Assembly: GCF_006345805.1 (NCBI RefSeq) | Contig: NC_043004.1 | Span: 61,070,001-61,134,000, forward strand | DNA from: Octopus sinensis | Taxonomy: Eukaryota | DNA: 64,000 nucleotides | Reading direction: 5' to 3' | Shown: positions 13,263-27,558 of the stretch, piece by piece | How positions within the stretch are numbered: the stretch's first letter is position 1 | How the letters are laid out: every line of letters starts with the position of its first letter | The notes under the pieces: model-generated | Told to the model about the DNA's origin: nothing | The model's input: the letters and a program-made list of their open reading frames with translations, nothing else | The model's database searches: none | Position numbers and translations under genes: made by a program

Positions 13263-15746
13263 TAAGATGCATAGATATACTTGCGCTAGTGTATATTGTT
13301 ACACCTCGATTACCAAACTGGGTATAATTGAATGTTCAAGTTAATTGATTAGATCGTAAACAAAGGAAACCATACAGAGTATAATTACGTATAAAATATG
13401 TTTACTTATTTCTTTATGTCATTCGATCGATAAAGCATTTACAAACGCTAGGTATTGCTTAAAAAGTCATGATATTTTACAAATAATTTCTCGGTATGTG
13501 TCATTTAGATATCAGAAATTATGAAAAAAAAGATATAAAGGAACATGGTGTAATTTCAAAACATATTTACACGCGTGCAATGTAAGTTCAGAGAGTTCAT
13601 CAAAGACTCTGAGTTCTTGTAAATAAAATTCATTGAAGTGGAAGTCGATCAATATTTAGCAAAAAAAAAAAAAAAAAAAAAAAATAAATAAATAAATAGA
13701 ATAACCAGTCACATGCTTCAGATGCTTGTGTTTCTTGGTTTTCGACGTGTATGATATTTGTCGTAAGTTCATTTAACTATGAAAACAATGTCGTCTTTTG
13801 TAGTTATCACTCCATGAAACATCACAATATCTCATTATCTTAGGTATTGGGTACTGGAGGATGTGGCAGTATCCGATTTTCTTTATCATAAACGTTGTCC
13901 ATTCTATCATGCTGTTCTTCTGTAACTATATTGTTAATGTATCGTTGAAGGTATCTGTTCCGATGTGATTGCAGTTTATCCAAGTATTATTCCTTCCTTA
14001 ACAAATCTTATAAGTCCAGCTATAAGTCAGTAGACTGCGGAAGATTCAGTAGTTACGCTTAGAGTTAAACAATGTCCTATTCACTCTCACAACTACCGCC
14101 ACGCAACCACTGTATCAATATTTAGCTACTGGCGATGGTTTCATGCGGATCTAAGAACAACTATAATCTAAGAACAAATATAATGACTTACTTATTTTCG
14201 GGTATACTTTCTCTCTTTTCATCAATGATAGCATGCAGCATTTTACAGCAGTAATATTGTTTTACTGATGCGATGATTCCCTCATTGACCACTTAAGCTT
14301 TAAAGTGATAATATATGATATAAAAACTTACTTGATTTAAATTGGTTGCCTTATGTATTGTGTGATCTTGTGCTGAGATTGAGCACAGCGCTTTTTAAAT
14401 TTAATCTAACGGCGAGTAAATTTCTTCCGGAAATCAGGATGAGAAACATAGATGTGATGAGAGAGAAACGAAAAATCTGATACATTCGTACTTTATATCT
14501 TAATATCCCCATTTCTTAGGTCGGCGCATAACACTTGTTCAGCAATGCGCGATAAAACAATTAATCATTTTCAGTGTTGAAAGCAATTGTTCAATCTTAT
14601 TTATTTCTTGGACAAAGGATTGTAATGTTTTCAATTCTTCTAAAATGCTGCGTTACCTGACATCTTGGCGATTTTAAAACGCTGCGATCAGCCCGATGAA
14701 TGTAATATGACTCTCTCTTTGCTTCACTGGTGTGGATTCAAACATCTGATCAGAGACCGGAATCTGATTTTCGTGCTGCGATGAAAACTAAGCAGAAATA
14801 TTGCTTGGTTCTGTCATTCGTCTTTTACTGGCTTTACATTTGATATTGTTTATGCATGCTAAGTGTCGATTTTGTTCATAACTTTCTCAATCGCTGGTGT
14901 TAAATTGTTGATGTTGGACAATGTTAAATTTCAAAAGTTGTGCAACAATCTCGGATGCTTTTATCATTATCATATGCAAATTGTTGTTCGCCAGATTGTC
15001 TAACACGTTCATTTTCTCTTCATAGAAATCAAACAGCAACGAACTCAATTTCTTATAAATGATAATTACTGGCAACAGGTCGTAGAGCAAGTGAAGACAT
15101 CATTGATTTTGTCATGATTTAAACTTTTGACCATCACAGACGTTTAAATTGTTAACAATATTTTAACATTGATTATAATGAACGGCTAAGATCAAACTAA
15201 CAGACCGACTAATACGTGCTTCCTTTAATAACTGAAAACTAAAGATGCGATCATCACATCATTGTCATAACAAGTTTTGATTGGACAGTTTTAAATTTCT
15301 TCATCAATTCAAGTTGACTTTTCATTATTATGAATAAAAGACAAAATGGTAGCACCTGTAGTATTGTCGAGTTCAGGTTACACACATGACGACTAACCAA
15401 ATATTCATTGAAACTTCCTAATCTTGTTTCAAACTATTGTGTTTGTACCGAGCTGTACACTTTATGCGAATGTTATGCCAATATTTTAATTTTTAAGAAA
15501 TTTTTACCGGTGTGGATGCATTTCTGTACATTTGTGCCCTTGCTATGATCGAGAAGGCAAATCTTCCTGAAGGTAGTACTTGAAATAGTTTTAGCCTCAG
15601 CATCACGATTCAGTGGAAGTTATATTTTTTGCGGATATTTATGATACGCTGAAGCTGATTAAGATGATAGGAAGAAAGTCACGTTTTACATCGTAATCTG
15701 TTTATGGATGTTTGTATGACTATATATATACATACATACATACAAA

Positions 15747-15816
<70 letters not shown>

Positions 15817-15891
15817 TACATATATATACATATACATACATATATATTACATATATATGTACATATACATACATATATACATACAGACACA

Positions 15892-15971
<80 letters not shown>

Positions 15972-18945
15972 ATATGCATTACAACAAAAGAATGAGGCCT
16001 CAATGTTTGTAGAATTAGAGGATTATTTTAAATGTTATACATAGAGCAAACAATAAACGGTTGTCATTATAGTACTCAGAGTTTCAAATGCCGGAGCGAA
16101 GAACTACGATACATTCTCATCGACTATTAATGGCAACAGACGCTACGAAAAATAGTTAAATATACGGGAAGTAACTCTAATAGATAGAGAAAAAAAAAAG
16201 ATTTAAAAAATCATGATAAAAATAGTTATAAGCATATACGCACAACTATATTCTCAGAAAAATAACATATATACACATAAACCACCTGCGTTCACAACGT
16301 CTACATACGTACACACGCACACAAACATGTACGCCTACATGCACACACACATATATTATGTACGTGCTCATACATACACAAATACCCGCGCACACACACA
16401 TACATGTATATATATATATATTTATATATATATATACATATATGTGTGTGTGTATGTACGTAACCTCATCTTCTTATACAAATAGGTGCTTACATGCATA
16501 CATGTAACAAAATGCATATATATTTATACGTATAAATATACGTATATATATGCAGACATATATTCGCGCTCCCGTATGCATATATATATATATGTGAGTG
16601 TGTGTGTGTATGTATATATGCCGTCTCATCACACACATACACCCGCACATATATAAGCATATACATATCCATATAAGTGAAGGGGCGTGTGCACATGAAA
16701 ATCGCACATATGCACCGGACACAGTCTTGCACTCATATGCATACATATACATATTCTATATATACATACACACACACACGTACACACATATATAAAAAGG
16801 AGAAAAGGGAAAATATTTATAAAATAACAAAAATAAAAATAAAGATAAAAATTAAAATTAAAATTAAAGGGAGTTAAAATGTATGGGGACGTTTTTGCAT
16901 GAACATAGTAGAAATGTAGATTCTAGTCGTGATCTGGGGGGGGGGGACAAAACCGTAACAGGTATTTTTTTGTATACGGACATGACCCAAAGAGTTCAGT
17001 TCTTGAATTTAAAAACGTAGCGGAGTCTAAGGAACTTTACCAGATGAGCCATTCTTCCATATTACATAGACCGCTCTTGGCACTACCGTTTGTATAAGGT
17101 TTACATTTGGCTACGATCTTCCAGTAAATACTGTTGTTAACACCTTGTTTTTTCAAGAACCATATATAACTGGATAATTTGATAGTCTTTCGTTTATTCC
17201 AGTGTCTGGAACTTAAGGTGTGATTGTTAAATGTTGCTTTGAAATTTCTCTCTGTGAGACCCACGTATCTCTTGGATGAAACTGTATTATTAGTGTTGGT
17301 GTAATTTACAGTAGCTTCATGAGTAATGGACTCGATCATACAGGTTCCATTCAGTGGGCACAGGTCTTTATTCCGGCAGGAACAGCCGGCTTCGTGGTGT
17401 TGTGCTGTATTGTGCCTGATTGTGCTTTTAAAATGTGGGGTGGAACTAAAACTAGTTTTTAGGTTATGCCTATGAAAGACTTTTCTAATATTTGTGATGT
17501 ATTGAAAAATGTTTATCTATAAGTTTTAAGAAATATTTACCTATATTAAAGGTCAGTTCGGTGAAGTAAGGGAATGTGAACCAGATAATTTACCTGTGTC
17601 TATGTTTCTTTTTCTTTATGTCTTGTCTAACTGAAGGTGCGTAATCTATTTCCTCTTTAAATTCACTAGCTTTTGAGAGCATTGTTTTATAGGGGAGGCA
17701 GCGTTATTAAATATGATTATATTGGAAGAGAGGCTAGAAATTCTTCTAATAATATTCTTAACTAAATTCTTAAACACTATGGAGGGGGCAGGAACCTACA
17801 TTGATATAACTAAGTCTATCTTTGGGCTTTCTATAGGGTTTATAAAGATTTCCTTGTAAATTTAGAGATACGTCAAGGAAATTGACAACTGTCATGTTGG
17901 AATTATTGTTATGCTAAGATCAAACGCTTTCATAAGTTGGATAATATCCTTTCTTAAAAGATCTTGCGGTAGTCCAATGGTATTCTTAGTTAAAGCTAGG
18001 GCATCGTCCCTATAATTAGCGAAATATACACCAGGAAAAGCTTTTCCTAACATGTCGAGCAGGAAGAGTCCAATGGGATCGTATATGTCTGTTCCATCAT
18101 ATGACCCCATGCGCACATCGAAAGAACGTTATGGATCTGCTGTCTTGACTCACTCTGCGTTGTCGCTGAAGAGTAAGGTGTTTCTAGCATGGGAGATTAT
18201 ATCCTTATCTTGTTTACTAATCTCTGTAAAATCGCCTGCGAAAGTGAGGGCTTTACCAAGCAGGTTTTAGAAATAGATGCATACAAATCTACAATATCTA
18301 ATTGTGTAAGTCTGGCTTTATTCTTATTTTTAATTGCTTTAAACCAGTTAACAACTTCTATACTATTGGACCATTATACTAAATTAGTTGCCTCTCTAAC
18401 TTTAGCATTAAATTTCAAAATCAGTGTTCTTACTAATTATACCAATTTCTGATTTTGCAGGGTTAATTGGTCTGCCTTTAGGATTAGATAGAAAGTTCTT
18501 TTTATGGTCCTTAATAGTTATAAAGGCCTCTTTTTTGGAAGGATCTGTATTTTATTTTTAATCGAATATAAACCTAGCGGCGACGATACTAGCTCCTTTA
18601 TCGGTGTCATTATAAACTTGCGGTCTAGTTTTAGTGTAGTTACTAACAACTTTGTTACGTAGGAATTGTGAGTATGTGCTGCTGTCTAGAAGGTATACAA
18701 GCTTGGTTTATCAGGACAAAGTGCCGTTTTTTTAAATCTTGTATGTTTTTAATGTCATTTTTCAGTTTCTGTTGAAAACACCTAAAGCACTTACACAATT
18801 TGTTTTGGTTTTTCTAGATTTGCTTCGAAGTCTTCTAAGTCTTTGGTCTTGGAAGGGAATTTCTTTTTTTTTAATTTCATGGTATATGTTCTCTGAGATA
18901 CACTCTTCGTTGTTGAAAAGGAAGGCCTTCAATCTCATACGCTCA
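15972..18945 (-). mobile_element. Decayed near full-length Penelope-like element
   Basis: N-terminal RMRLKAF (~18920-18945), RT motifs MGSYDG and YRDDAL (17892-18116), GIY-YIG region YVGLTERNFK...NH...IYWKIV...CNMEE (17037-17339), HHR-bearing terminal region at 15972-16140; many stops and frameshifts. Confidence 0.85.
16060..16137 (-). ncRNA. Hammerhead-like motif in PLE 3' terminal repeat
   Basis: GUUGCCAUUAAUAG-UCGAUGA-GAAUG...CAUUU-GAAAC-UCUGA-GUA-CUAUAAUGACAAC; long stem I; homologous to 63475-63533. Confidence 0.55.
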
Positions 18946-19105
18946 GGAATAGAAAAAAGTCTTTTACGTTTCGAGCCTACGCTCTTCTACAGAAAGGGAC
19001 ACAGAAAAAAAACCAGGAGAGAAACAAATGTGTGTAGTGGCTACCGATCTGTCATGGCGACTGCCGGACAGAAGGGTCACACAGGAGAGCGAGGAAGTAG
19101 GGGAG
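18940..19105 (-). mobile_element. PLE terminal-repeat fragment with minimal HHR-like motif (18961-18996)
   Basis: CUUU-CUGUAGA-A-GAGC-GUAG-GCUC-GAAAC-GUA-AAAG; homologous to 31205-31345. Confidence 0.7.
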
Positions 19106-19111
19106 AAGTAG

Positions 19112-19162
<51 letters not shown>

Positions 19163-19255
19163 AATTAACTTCGTAAAAGTTTATACGAAGAGTACTCCAT
19201 CGAATATTATGATTGACACATGATGAACATACGTATATGTAGTTGAAACGTTTAG

Positions 19256-19317
<62 letters not shown>

Positions 19318-19384
19318 GGACAATTCCCCCACCAAAAAAACCAAGACAGGTGGTGTAGACAACAAACAGATGTATTAGTTTAAT

Positions 19385-19760
19385 GTTACTTATTTTCTCA
19401 CTTTTGTGTATCTTAGGAATGCCGTAGAATTGACTGGATTTACTTTTGAAATTGGACATATCGTATTCCTTCCTTGTCGGCGAACTCTTCTCTATATAGG
19501 TTTAACGTGGATTTTAGGTTTCTTGCTATTTTCTGCTGACTGTAGTGTTGGACCTTTTCATAATATGTTGTCTTCTAATATGGATAGCACTAGAGTTATA
19601 TAGTATGCCGTGTCCATTAAGACAATTGCACTCCCTTTATTATTATTGTTTTTTTTATCTTTTAATTTGGTCAGCTCAGCCCATCCTTTTCTTGCTGGAG
19701 TTTGGCTTGTGTTTTTGTTTGTGTATATGTTGATATGGGTAATTCGAGATGTCTTCACAG
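19385..19760 (-). pseudogene. PLE reverse transcriptase N-terminal remnant
   Basis: NKGSAIVLMDTAYY (cf. DKGxxxVxMD) and FYGIPKIHK (cf. FYGLPKIHK) in two frames. Confidence 0.8.
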
Positions 19761-19936
19761 AAACGGTCGAGAATTGTGTTCTTATCTTTTGAAGGGCTGT
19801 AGTTACTTCTATTTCTGACTAACGATTCGTCCTCGTTGTATTTGTCGTATAGTTCCTCAGCGAGTCGTACAGAATTCCCCGACGTCTTCTTTCATTTCGT
19901 TGTAGTGGCGGCGTTGGTAGAGTATGTTCTCACACC

Positions 19937-19984
19937 GTCTCCGATGAAGATATATATAAAATATCCCGGAAAAATCTGTAAGAC
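19937..19984 (+). ncRNA. Degenerate hammerhead-like motif (CCGAUGA core)
   Basis: GUCU-CCGAUGA-A-GAUAU-loop-AUAUC-CCG-GAAAAAUCU-GUA-AGAC; stems I and II pair, GAAAC side decayed. Confidence 0.5.
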
Positions 19985-21839
19985 CTTCTCTTTATAAATG
20001 TTCTGAAATCTTTCACAGCCTTGGATTTTTATTTCACTCTGTTAAATTTTTTATATATACGCATGCTCATATATGACCTACGTTGGACTCCTCATTCGCA
20101 TAATCACCGAGCCTGGAACTTAACTATAGTCTCTCCATAGCACTTACTCAACATTACCCAAATATATCTCAATCTTTTAGCCTTCTATGCCCTGGATATG
20201 TTACAATTTCAAACTTTCTTCAATTTCTTTTCATTCTATCGATTGTATGATTAACGTATTTTGCGTTATTCTTTTTGACACTTTACTCGTATTATTGCAA
20301 ATTCAAAAGCATTAACATTAAGAACCGCTTCACAATCCGCAGTGTAAGTTATTAACACTGCTCATTCTGTAAGATATTCTTTTGCCTTCTAAGAGACATA
20401 TTCTTGATGCATTTCTCAAGTAAACATTCTTTATTACTTGAAGAAGAGGCATTTAATGTATCTGCAGATTTTCGTATTAACTAGTAAAGTAGTTGGTCAA
20501 CTCCTAAAAAGTTTTCAATTTCCTCTTTCAATTACGGATACTAATTTTATGGTTCGAATCCATCCTTTGAAATATTCAATCCCAGCAAATCTATGTACGA
20601 TGCATGATTAGTGCCTTTATTTGGGTTAATCGATACATTGGATTTTCATTTTCAATTTAGCAATAAGTATATTTTCTCCATTCTTCAACTTATTCCCTGG
20701 GTGCTGCAAATATTAGTATGTCGTTTAATACCTTTCAGAGCAAATTCCATGTAATGTCAGGAAATGAATCAGGTATTTTCATCTGTTTCATCTGAAGTCT
20801 ATTCACTACGTAAAAACTATTTCTTGCCCTTATTGCGCGTTTTTTCCTAAAGTTCATATACAAACAAACCAACCAATATGTACTCTGTGAGGTGTCAAAT
20901 GAAACGAAATTCTCCTCCTTCCAGATAGAGATCTTTGTTTCAAGATGGATATTTTGATGAGAGAACGTGGGAATTATGTCAAATAAATGGAATATGTTGC
21001 CTTTAACATTCTTGATTTATTATTCTATTTTCGCAGCGAAACAGTTCGTATTGCACAGTTTTCACCTTCCCACGATCATGGAGTTGCAAATTGCATTACA
21101 TCTATATTGTAAAGTTCATTTTAAACCACCTTAGTGTACTAAAGCAAATGTATGGAATATATGTTATTTTCAACTGTAGTAGATGATGAAAGTTAAGCTT
21201 TATAACATTTTATTATCTCTAAATATTCCGAAACATAGTAATATTTCGTATCTTAAAGAATATTTATCTGAATTTATCCTAATTTATAAAAGCTTCAACC
21301 AGGACAACGTGGAGGAAATAGTTTTTTTCACCTCTATAATCGGGTATTTCTGTTGTAGTGCAAACTACTTCTTTTTCGTTACATTATAAGATAATAGTGT
21401 ATTAATATACTTGATTGAGGTTTTCGCTAAAACCTTCTGTTTTAAAGCAAAACAAGAATCAAATACAGAAGAATACTGCTCCTGAAACCGGCTGCATTTT
21501 AACTGGTTGTGCTTTCAATTCACAATTAATGCTTTGTAAACTTAACGCTACGACTTGTTATAACAATTAGCAAAGTTTGTCTTCACCGTGTGACAAATTA
21601 GATTGTTTACTCTTAATATTAATATTCTGGATTGAACGCTTTAGATGAAGTTGTTATGTTTCCTACAACACTACTGATTTATAAGCTCTACGTCTGTATT
21701 ACCTTTATTTCAGATAATTTATATAAAAAGCATACTTTATCACTGAGTGATAAAACGCAATCTTTATCTTTGTCTCTCTTTTGGCATCAGGTCTAAAGAT
21801 TTAAACACATCTAAGATATGTTGTTTTTATTTATTATTT

Positions 21840-22128
21840 ATGCGCCCTTTTCAAGTCTAGCTTGCTCATGGGTCCAGTTTCCCGGTTTCTGTGGCGTATA
21901 TCTTCACCCCAGCTGGACGGGACGCCAGTCCATCGCAGTGTTACTCAAGGAGGAAAGAATGAGAGAAAGTTGGGGCGAAACAGGGGTCACCACCACCCCC
22001 TGCCCGAGCCTCGTAGAGCTTTAGGTGTTTTCGCTTAATAAACACACACAACGCCCGGTCTGGGAATCGAAACTGCGATCCTCCGACCGCGAATCCGCTG
22101 TCCTAACCACTGGGCCATTGCGCCTCCA
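21840..22128 (-). mobile_element. SINE family B head with an alternative tail
   Basis: Minus head TGGAGGCGCAATGGCCCAGTGGTTAGG; tail GCGATGGACTGGCGTCCCGTCCAGCTGGGG...GAAACCGGGAAACTGG. Confidence 0.8.
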
Positions 22129-22207
22129 CGTTTATCTCAATATCTTTGATGCAACTCTACACTGTTCTCCATCCTTATCGTTTACTCTCTCATCCTTTCT
22201 CCACAAA

Positions 22208-22440
22208 TGCGCCCCTTTAAAGCCTAGCCAGACTCATGGGCCCGGTTTTCCGGTTTGTATAGCGTATGTGTTCTCCAGCTGGATGGGACGCCAGTCCATC
22301 GCAGCCTTACTCATTTTTGCCAGCTGAGTGGACTGGATGAAATGTTTTGTTCAAGAACACAACGAGTCGCTCGGTCCAGGAATCGAAACCACAATTTTAC
22401 GGTCATGATGGCGACACCCTATCCACTAAGCCACGCGCCT
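22208..22440 (-). mobile_element. SINE family B variant
   Basis: GGCGCGTGGCTTAGTGG head and GCGATGGACTGGCGTCCCATCCAG tail. Confidence 0.8.
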
Positions 22441-22717
22441 ACACAAGATATGTTGTGCTTTTATTATATTAAATTCAGTTATTTGTTTTTCATATGAAGA
22501 ATTCAAGATTTTTCATTTAAAGAATGTTTATTTGGTGCCACATAATGCACCTAAGCTTGACTGCGTTGTTAAGAAGCACACTTAGCAACACGTGGTTCTT
22601 GATTTAGACGCACTGCCAGGCAACTTGAACAAAAGTCTTCTACTACAGCACCTAGTTGAAATTGTGAGTTGACCTTGTGAGTTAATTGGGTTGACGGAAA
22701 CTTTGATCGAGCCAGTC

Positions 22718-22770
<53 letters not shown>

Positions 22771-23205
22771 AAATGAAAACTTTTAGAACTGCTTACGCTT
22801 AAAAGAAAAAACGCTTCTTCAGAGCGAGTTTAATCATAAATAAATAATCCAACTTAAATTACGTAAATTCCTAAATTTAAATCTATTAGTATCTAGTTTT
22901 ATAACCGATTTTGTTGCACAAAACACATATTCATATACATGTGCGTGTATATGTATATATTTATATATACACATATAAACATATTCATACACATATACGC
23001 ATACACACTTATACACCCACACAACTACCTATATTTAGCTAAAAATACACAAATACACAGATACTTACAAATATACCCACCTATATATATACGTGTATAA
23101 TCAATTATATATTCAGATATATACACCGTCATATACACACGTACCACTTCACATATATACATCTATGCCTCTTTACATATATGATTAAACAAATAAATAA
23201 ATATA

Positions 23206-23416
23206 TACTCTTTTACTCTTTTACTTGTTTCAGTCATTTGACTGCGGCCATGCTGGAGCACCGCCTTCAGTTGAGCAAATTGACCCCGGGACTTATTCTT
23301 TGTGAGCCCAGTACTTATTCTATCGGTCTCTTTTGCCGAACCGCTAAGTTACGGGGTCGTAAACACACCAGCATCGATTGTCAAGCAATGCTAGGGGGAC
23401 AAACACAGACACACAA

Positions 23417-23457
<41 letters not shown>

Positions 23458-23622
23458 CATATATACGACAGGCTTCTTTCAGTTTCCGTCTACCAAATCC
23501 ACTCACAAGGCATTGGTCGGCCAGGGGCTAAAGCAGAAGACACTTGCCCAAGATGCCACGCAGTGGGACTGAACCCGGAACCATGTGGTTGGTTAGCAAG
23601 CTACTTACCACACAGCCACTCC
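23206..23622 (-). mobile_element. SINE family A, full length
   Basis: Reverse complement of the family A consensus. Confidence 0.92.
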
Positions 23623-23737
23623 ATTGTTATTGATATAGGTAAAAGCAAAACAGTAAATTCTTCGGATATTTAATATCCCTTTGATGGTTATCTAACACCT
23701 AGTTAAATTTTTTCATATATATATATATATATATATA

Positions 23738-23773
<36 letters not shown>

Positions 23774-23885
23774 TATGAGAGGAATTGGTGTCAAGAAGAC
23801 ACACATGGTGTCAGATTATGATAAGTGCTATGAAAAGACCATGGTTATGCTATCACTCTCGAACCTTGAGCTTAACCATGGTCTA

Positions 23886-23941
<56 letters not shown>

Positions 23942-23951
23942 TATATGTATA

Positions 23952-24036
<85 letters not shown>

Positions 24037-24130
24037 CCGTAATAATGAAGGGTGAAATTAATTAATTTGGAATAATTATCAATTACACCAAGTAGTCTTC
24101 GGCATGTAAAAGCCTCATTCGAGGAAAATT

Positions 24131-24655
24131 TAAGTAATACTAAGCAATAAAGGGTTTAGCAACGAATTGCCTTACCACATACCGAATTTAGAAATAGCAG
24201 TCAAAGAGTTATAGCTATTTCTTCTACTAAAAAGGGAGATCTCAGTAAAAACAGCAATTGGAAGGCAGACACAAACAGGTAAGAGAGAATGAATTGACGG
24301 CAATCTATCATACATTTTTAAGTTATCTACGGACGTACGTTTCGAAATCAAGTTTTTAGGAAAGCATAAGAATTAAATATTTAATTTAATTCTTATGCTT
24401 TCCTAAAATTTAATTCTTATGCTTTCCTAAAAACTTGATTTCGAAACGTACGTCCGTAGATAACTTAAAAATGTATGATAGATTGCCGTCAATTCATTCT
24501 CTCTTACCTGTTTGTATCTGCCTTCCAATTGCTGTTTTTACTGAGATCTCCCTTTTTAGTAGAAGAAATAGCTATAACTCTTTGACTGCTATTTCTAAAT
24601 TCGGTATGTGGTAAGGCAATTCGTTGCTAAACCCTTTATTGCTTAGTATTACTTA
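24131..24655. repeat. Long palindrome: 248-bp arms (24131-24378 / 24408-24655), PLE-terminal derived
   Basis: Arms are reverse-complementary with one mismatch noticed; each carries GAAAC-GTAC-GTC; the element is flanked by (TA)n. Confidence 0.9.
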
Positions 24656-24660
24656 TATAT

Positions 24661-24694
<34 letters not shown>

Positions 24695-27063
24695 GAATAT
24701 GTGTAGTGTCTAGTGTCTTTGTATTTGAGTTTGCCTCCTCATCGATTTCAACCGGTGTTGGTTAGTTTACCTTCCAATAACCTAGTGATTCGGCAACGGT
24801 AACCGTGAGGATATGCACTAGACTTAATATATGTACTAGGGATTATTCGTTCGACTAAACATTTGAACGTGGTGTTCCTGCATGGCAGTAGTCAATCAAC
24901 TGAAATAAGTTAATGATGGAAGAGAAAACTCATTCAAATGTAATGTGATCCCTAATCAGCTATTAATTAAACTGTATTAGCCCTGCCTCCGCTCCTTCAG
25001 CATTATCAAAATTTAAATATTTATTATTACATTCTACGCTGGTGTTGTTCACTCGAATTGTTATGCATACCTTAAATACATAAGTAATTATGATGGGCTT
25101 TAGTATACAGTAATTACAAACAGTAAATTCACAATTTTAGACATCTTTTATTAAGGGAAATTATAACAGACATGTATATACTATATAACACAACTACGTT
25201 ATTCAAACGGCACGTCACCAAGCTGGTTTAGTCACCACAACATCTACATAACACTGATATCACTGACTGGGTAGATAAGCTGTGCAGATGTTAACCGGAT
25301 ACATTTGTATATTAATAATGGAGTACTGTTTCGGAATGAATCTTATTTCCTGTCAGTAACAAGGTTCTTGCATCATTTATTCTCAATGTCCATTCTTCTA
25401 TTCCGTTAGCAGCAATATATGCTGCTTTTCTTCCTTTTCAACAGTAGATATAATTAAATGGTCAATGTTAAGTTTAAAATGAAATTATTAATTCAAATAT
25501 TCTAACACGTTCGTTAATGGTCTTCCCTACATGACCATCACGATGGCAATACTTTTACAGTTTTATGATATAATTGAAAATCTTTTGCTCACGAAATTCA
25601 TTAATCATCCCAACCGCGACCAACTCATCTATTTTTCCCGACTATATCCAATGTATTACTCCTTTTTAAAACAGTACGATTTCATTTGATGAAGAATATT
25701 GGAGCTATTCATGGAAATCATACTACCATACGGAATAAGATTCCATATTTCTTTAAGTGACCAAGTGAGGTCCGGAAAAACAGTACAAGGAGGTTACAGG
25801 AAAATCCGAGACCTTATATTTCTATAAAAAAGTACTCAGGCTTTTTGCAACTGAAAGTGACCTCCTGTTACTTTAAAGGGTTAACAAACGATTTTTATAG
25901 TACACTATCAGAAATAGCATGCAGAGATTTGGAAGCTGCGTATTCAATTTTCTCCTGAAAGAGAAAACAATATTAATAAATCATTAATTATATAACAAAT
26001 TAATGCATTTCAAGTTTATAAAGGAAACAATGTTGGTTTATCGAGAAACTATTGTTGCTCATTACAACAGACATTTGCTGCGTCTTGGTTAATAAAGGAA
26101 AGCAAAAAATATGCATGCCAAAATTAATTTTCGTCAGAGATATCCATTTGTTCGTCAGTATCAAATAAATGGAATGTTAATACACAACACTCTTTCATTT
26201 GCAGAAATGAGCTAACCAATCTAACAAAATGAAAAAGAAAAAAGTAAATGAGGAAAAATAAATGAAAACATCATAAGCGTAAAGTGAACATAAAAAAAAT
26301 CCCTCAAACGCAAATGTTTGGAATTCTTCTCTTTGCGTAATAATTCTTGTCAAAGAAATTTCTCTTCCAAAAGAAACACATTCATCAGAATGATACAAAG
26401 TATCTCTCTGTCAAGAACTTCTTTCTCCACATGAAATACTAAGTAGACCAGAACTAGCGAAGCCAACTAATGATTTTTCATAAAATTCACCATCATTACA
26501 TTGAAATTGCTCCTCACTCATCAAATGCCCCCTCCCCACCAAAAAAAGAAAAATGCTTAGAAGTTGGAACGTCAGATAAATATTCCATTTATATCAAGCC
26601 ATGGACGTGTTTTGCATTTTGATGTTGTATACTATGAATTCCGTGCAATCCAATATTCTTTAGCAAGTCGTAAGAACATTTCCATCTGGGAGTAAATCAA
26701 AAGCACATTTCCATCATTCAGCTTTGCTCGTTTAACAGGAAATCATTTAATTTCTACGACGACTGTGTTAGAATCATGAGATTCACAGAAGGGACGAAAA
26801 AAAAAAGAGAAAGTAAAAGAGAACGAGAATCATGGAAAATTTAAAACGTTAGACATGATATTTATTGCTCTTCCTTACAACCTTTCTAGAAAGTTGCAGA
26901 TGTAACCTCCGAGCGAACCGTGTCAGTGACATAGGTTCAATTCCGTGCTGCAGTATTTTTTCTCCATTGCTGTGCGTATAGGTGTGGTTAAGTTAATGTC
27001 TTTCATTCAGGAACTCAGAATTCAACAGTAACTGAATTTAGAAATCCCAAAAGTTCATGATTT

Positions 27064-27229
27064 AGGCGCAGGAGTGGCTGTGTGGTAAGTAGCTTGCTAA
27101 CCAACCACATGGTTCCGGGTTCAGTCCCACCGTGTGGTACCTTGGGCAAGTGTCTTCTACTATAGCCTCGGGCCGACCAAAGCCTTGTGAGTGGATTTGG
27201 TAGACGGAAACTGAAAGAAGCCCATCGTA

Positions 27230-27303
<74 letters not shown>

Positions 27304-27526
27304 TTTGTGTGTCTGTGTTTGTCCCTCCAACATCGCTTGACAACCGATGGTGGTGTGTTTACGTCTCCGTAACTTAGCGGTTCGGCAAAAGAGACCGATA
27401 GAATAAGTACTAGGCTTACAAAGAATAAGTCCTGGGGTCGATTTGCTCGACTAAAGGCGGTGCTCCAGCATGGCCACAGTCAAATGACTGAAACAAGTAA
27501 ATGAGTAAAAGAGTATATATATATAT

Positions 27527-27558
<32 letters not shown>

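Larger units (their letters stand above)
22560..24920 (+). mobile_element. Old family A SINE split by ~2 kb of nested insertions
   Basis: Diverged head at ~22560-22720 and diverged tail at ~24700-24920 on the same strand. Confidence 0.55.

Noticed and set aside
25895-25970. Possible minus-strand terminal exon (TTTTCTCTTTCAG|GAGAAA..., EKIEYAASKSLHAISDSVL*)
   Set aside because: Good acceptor, but only 19 codons, no recognisable homology and no partner exons; needs RNA-seq.
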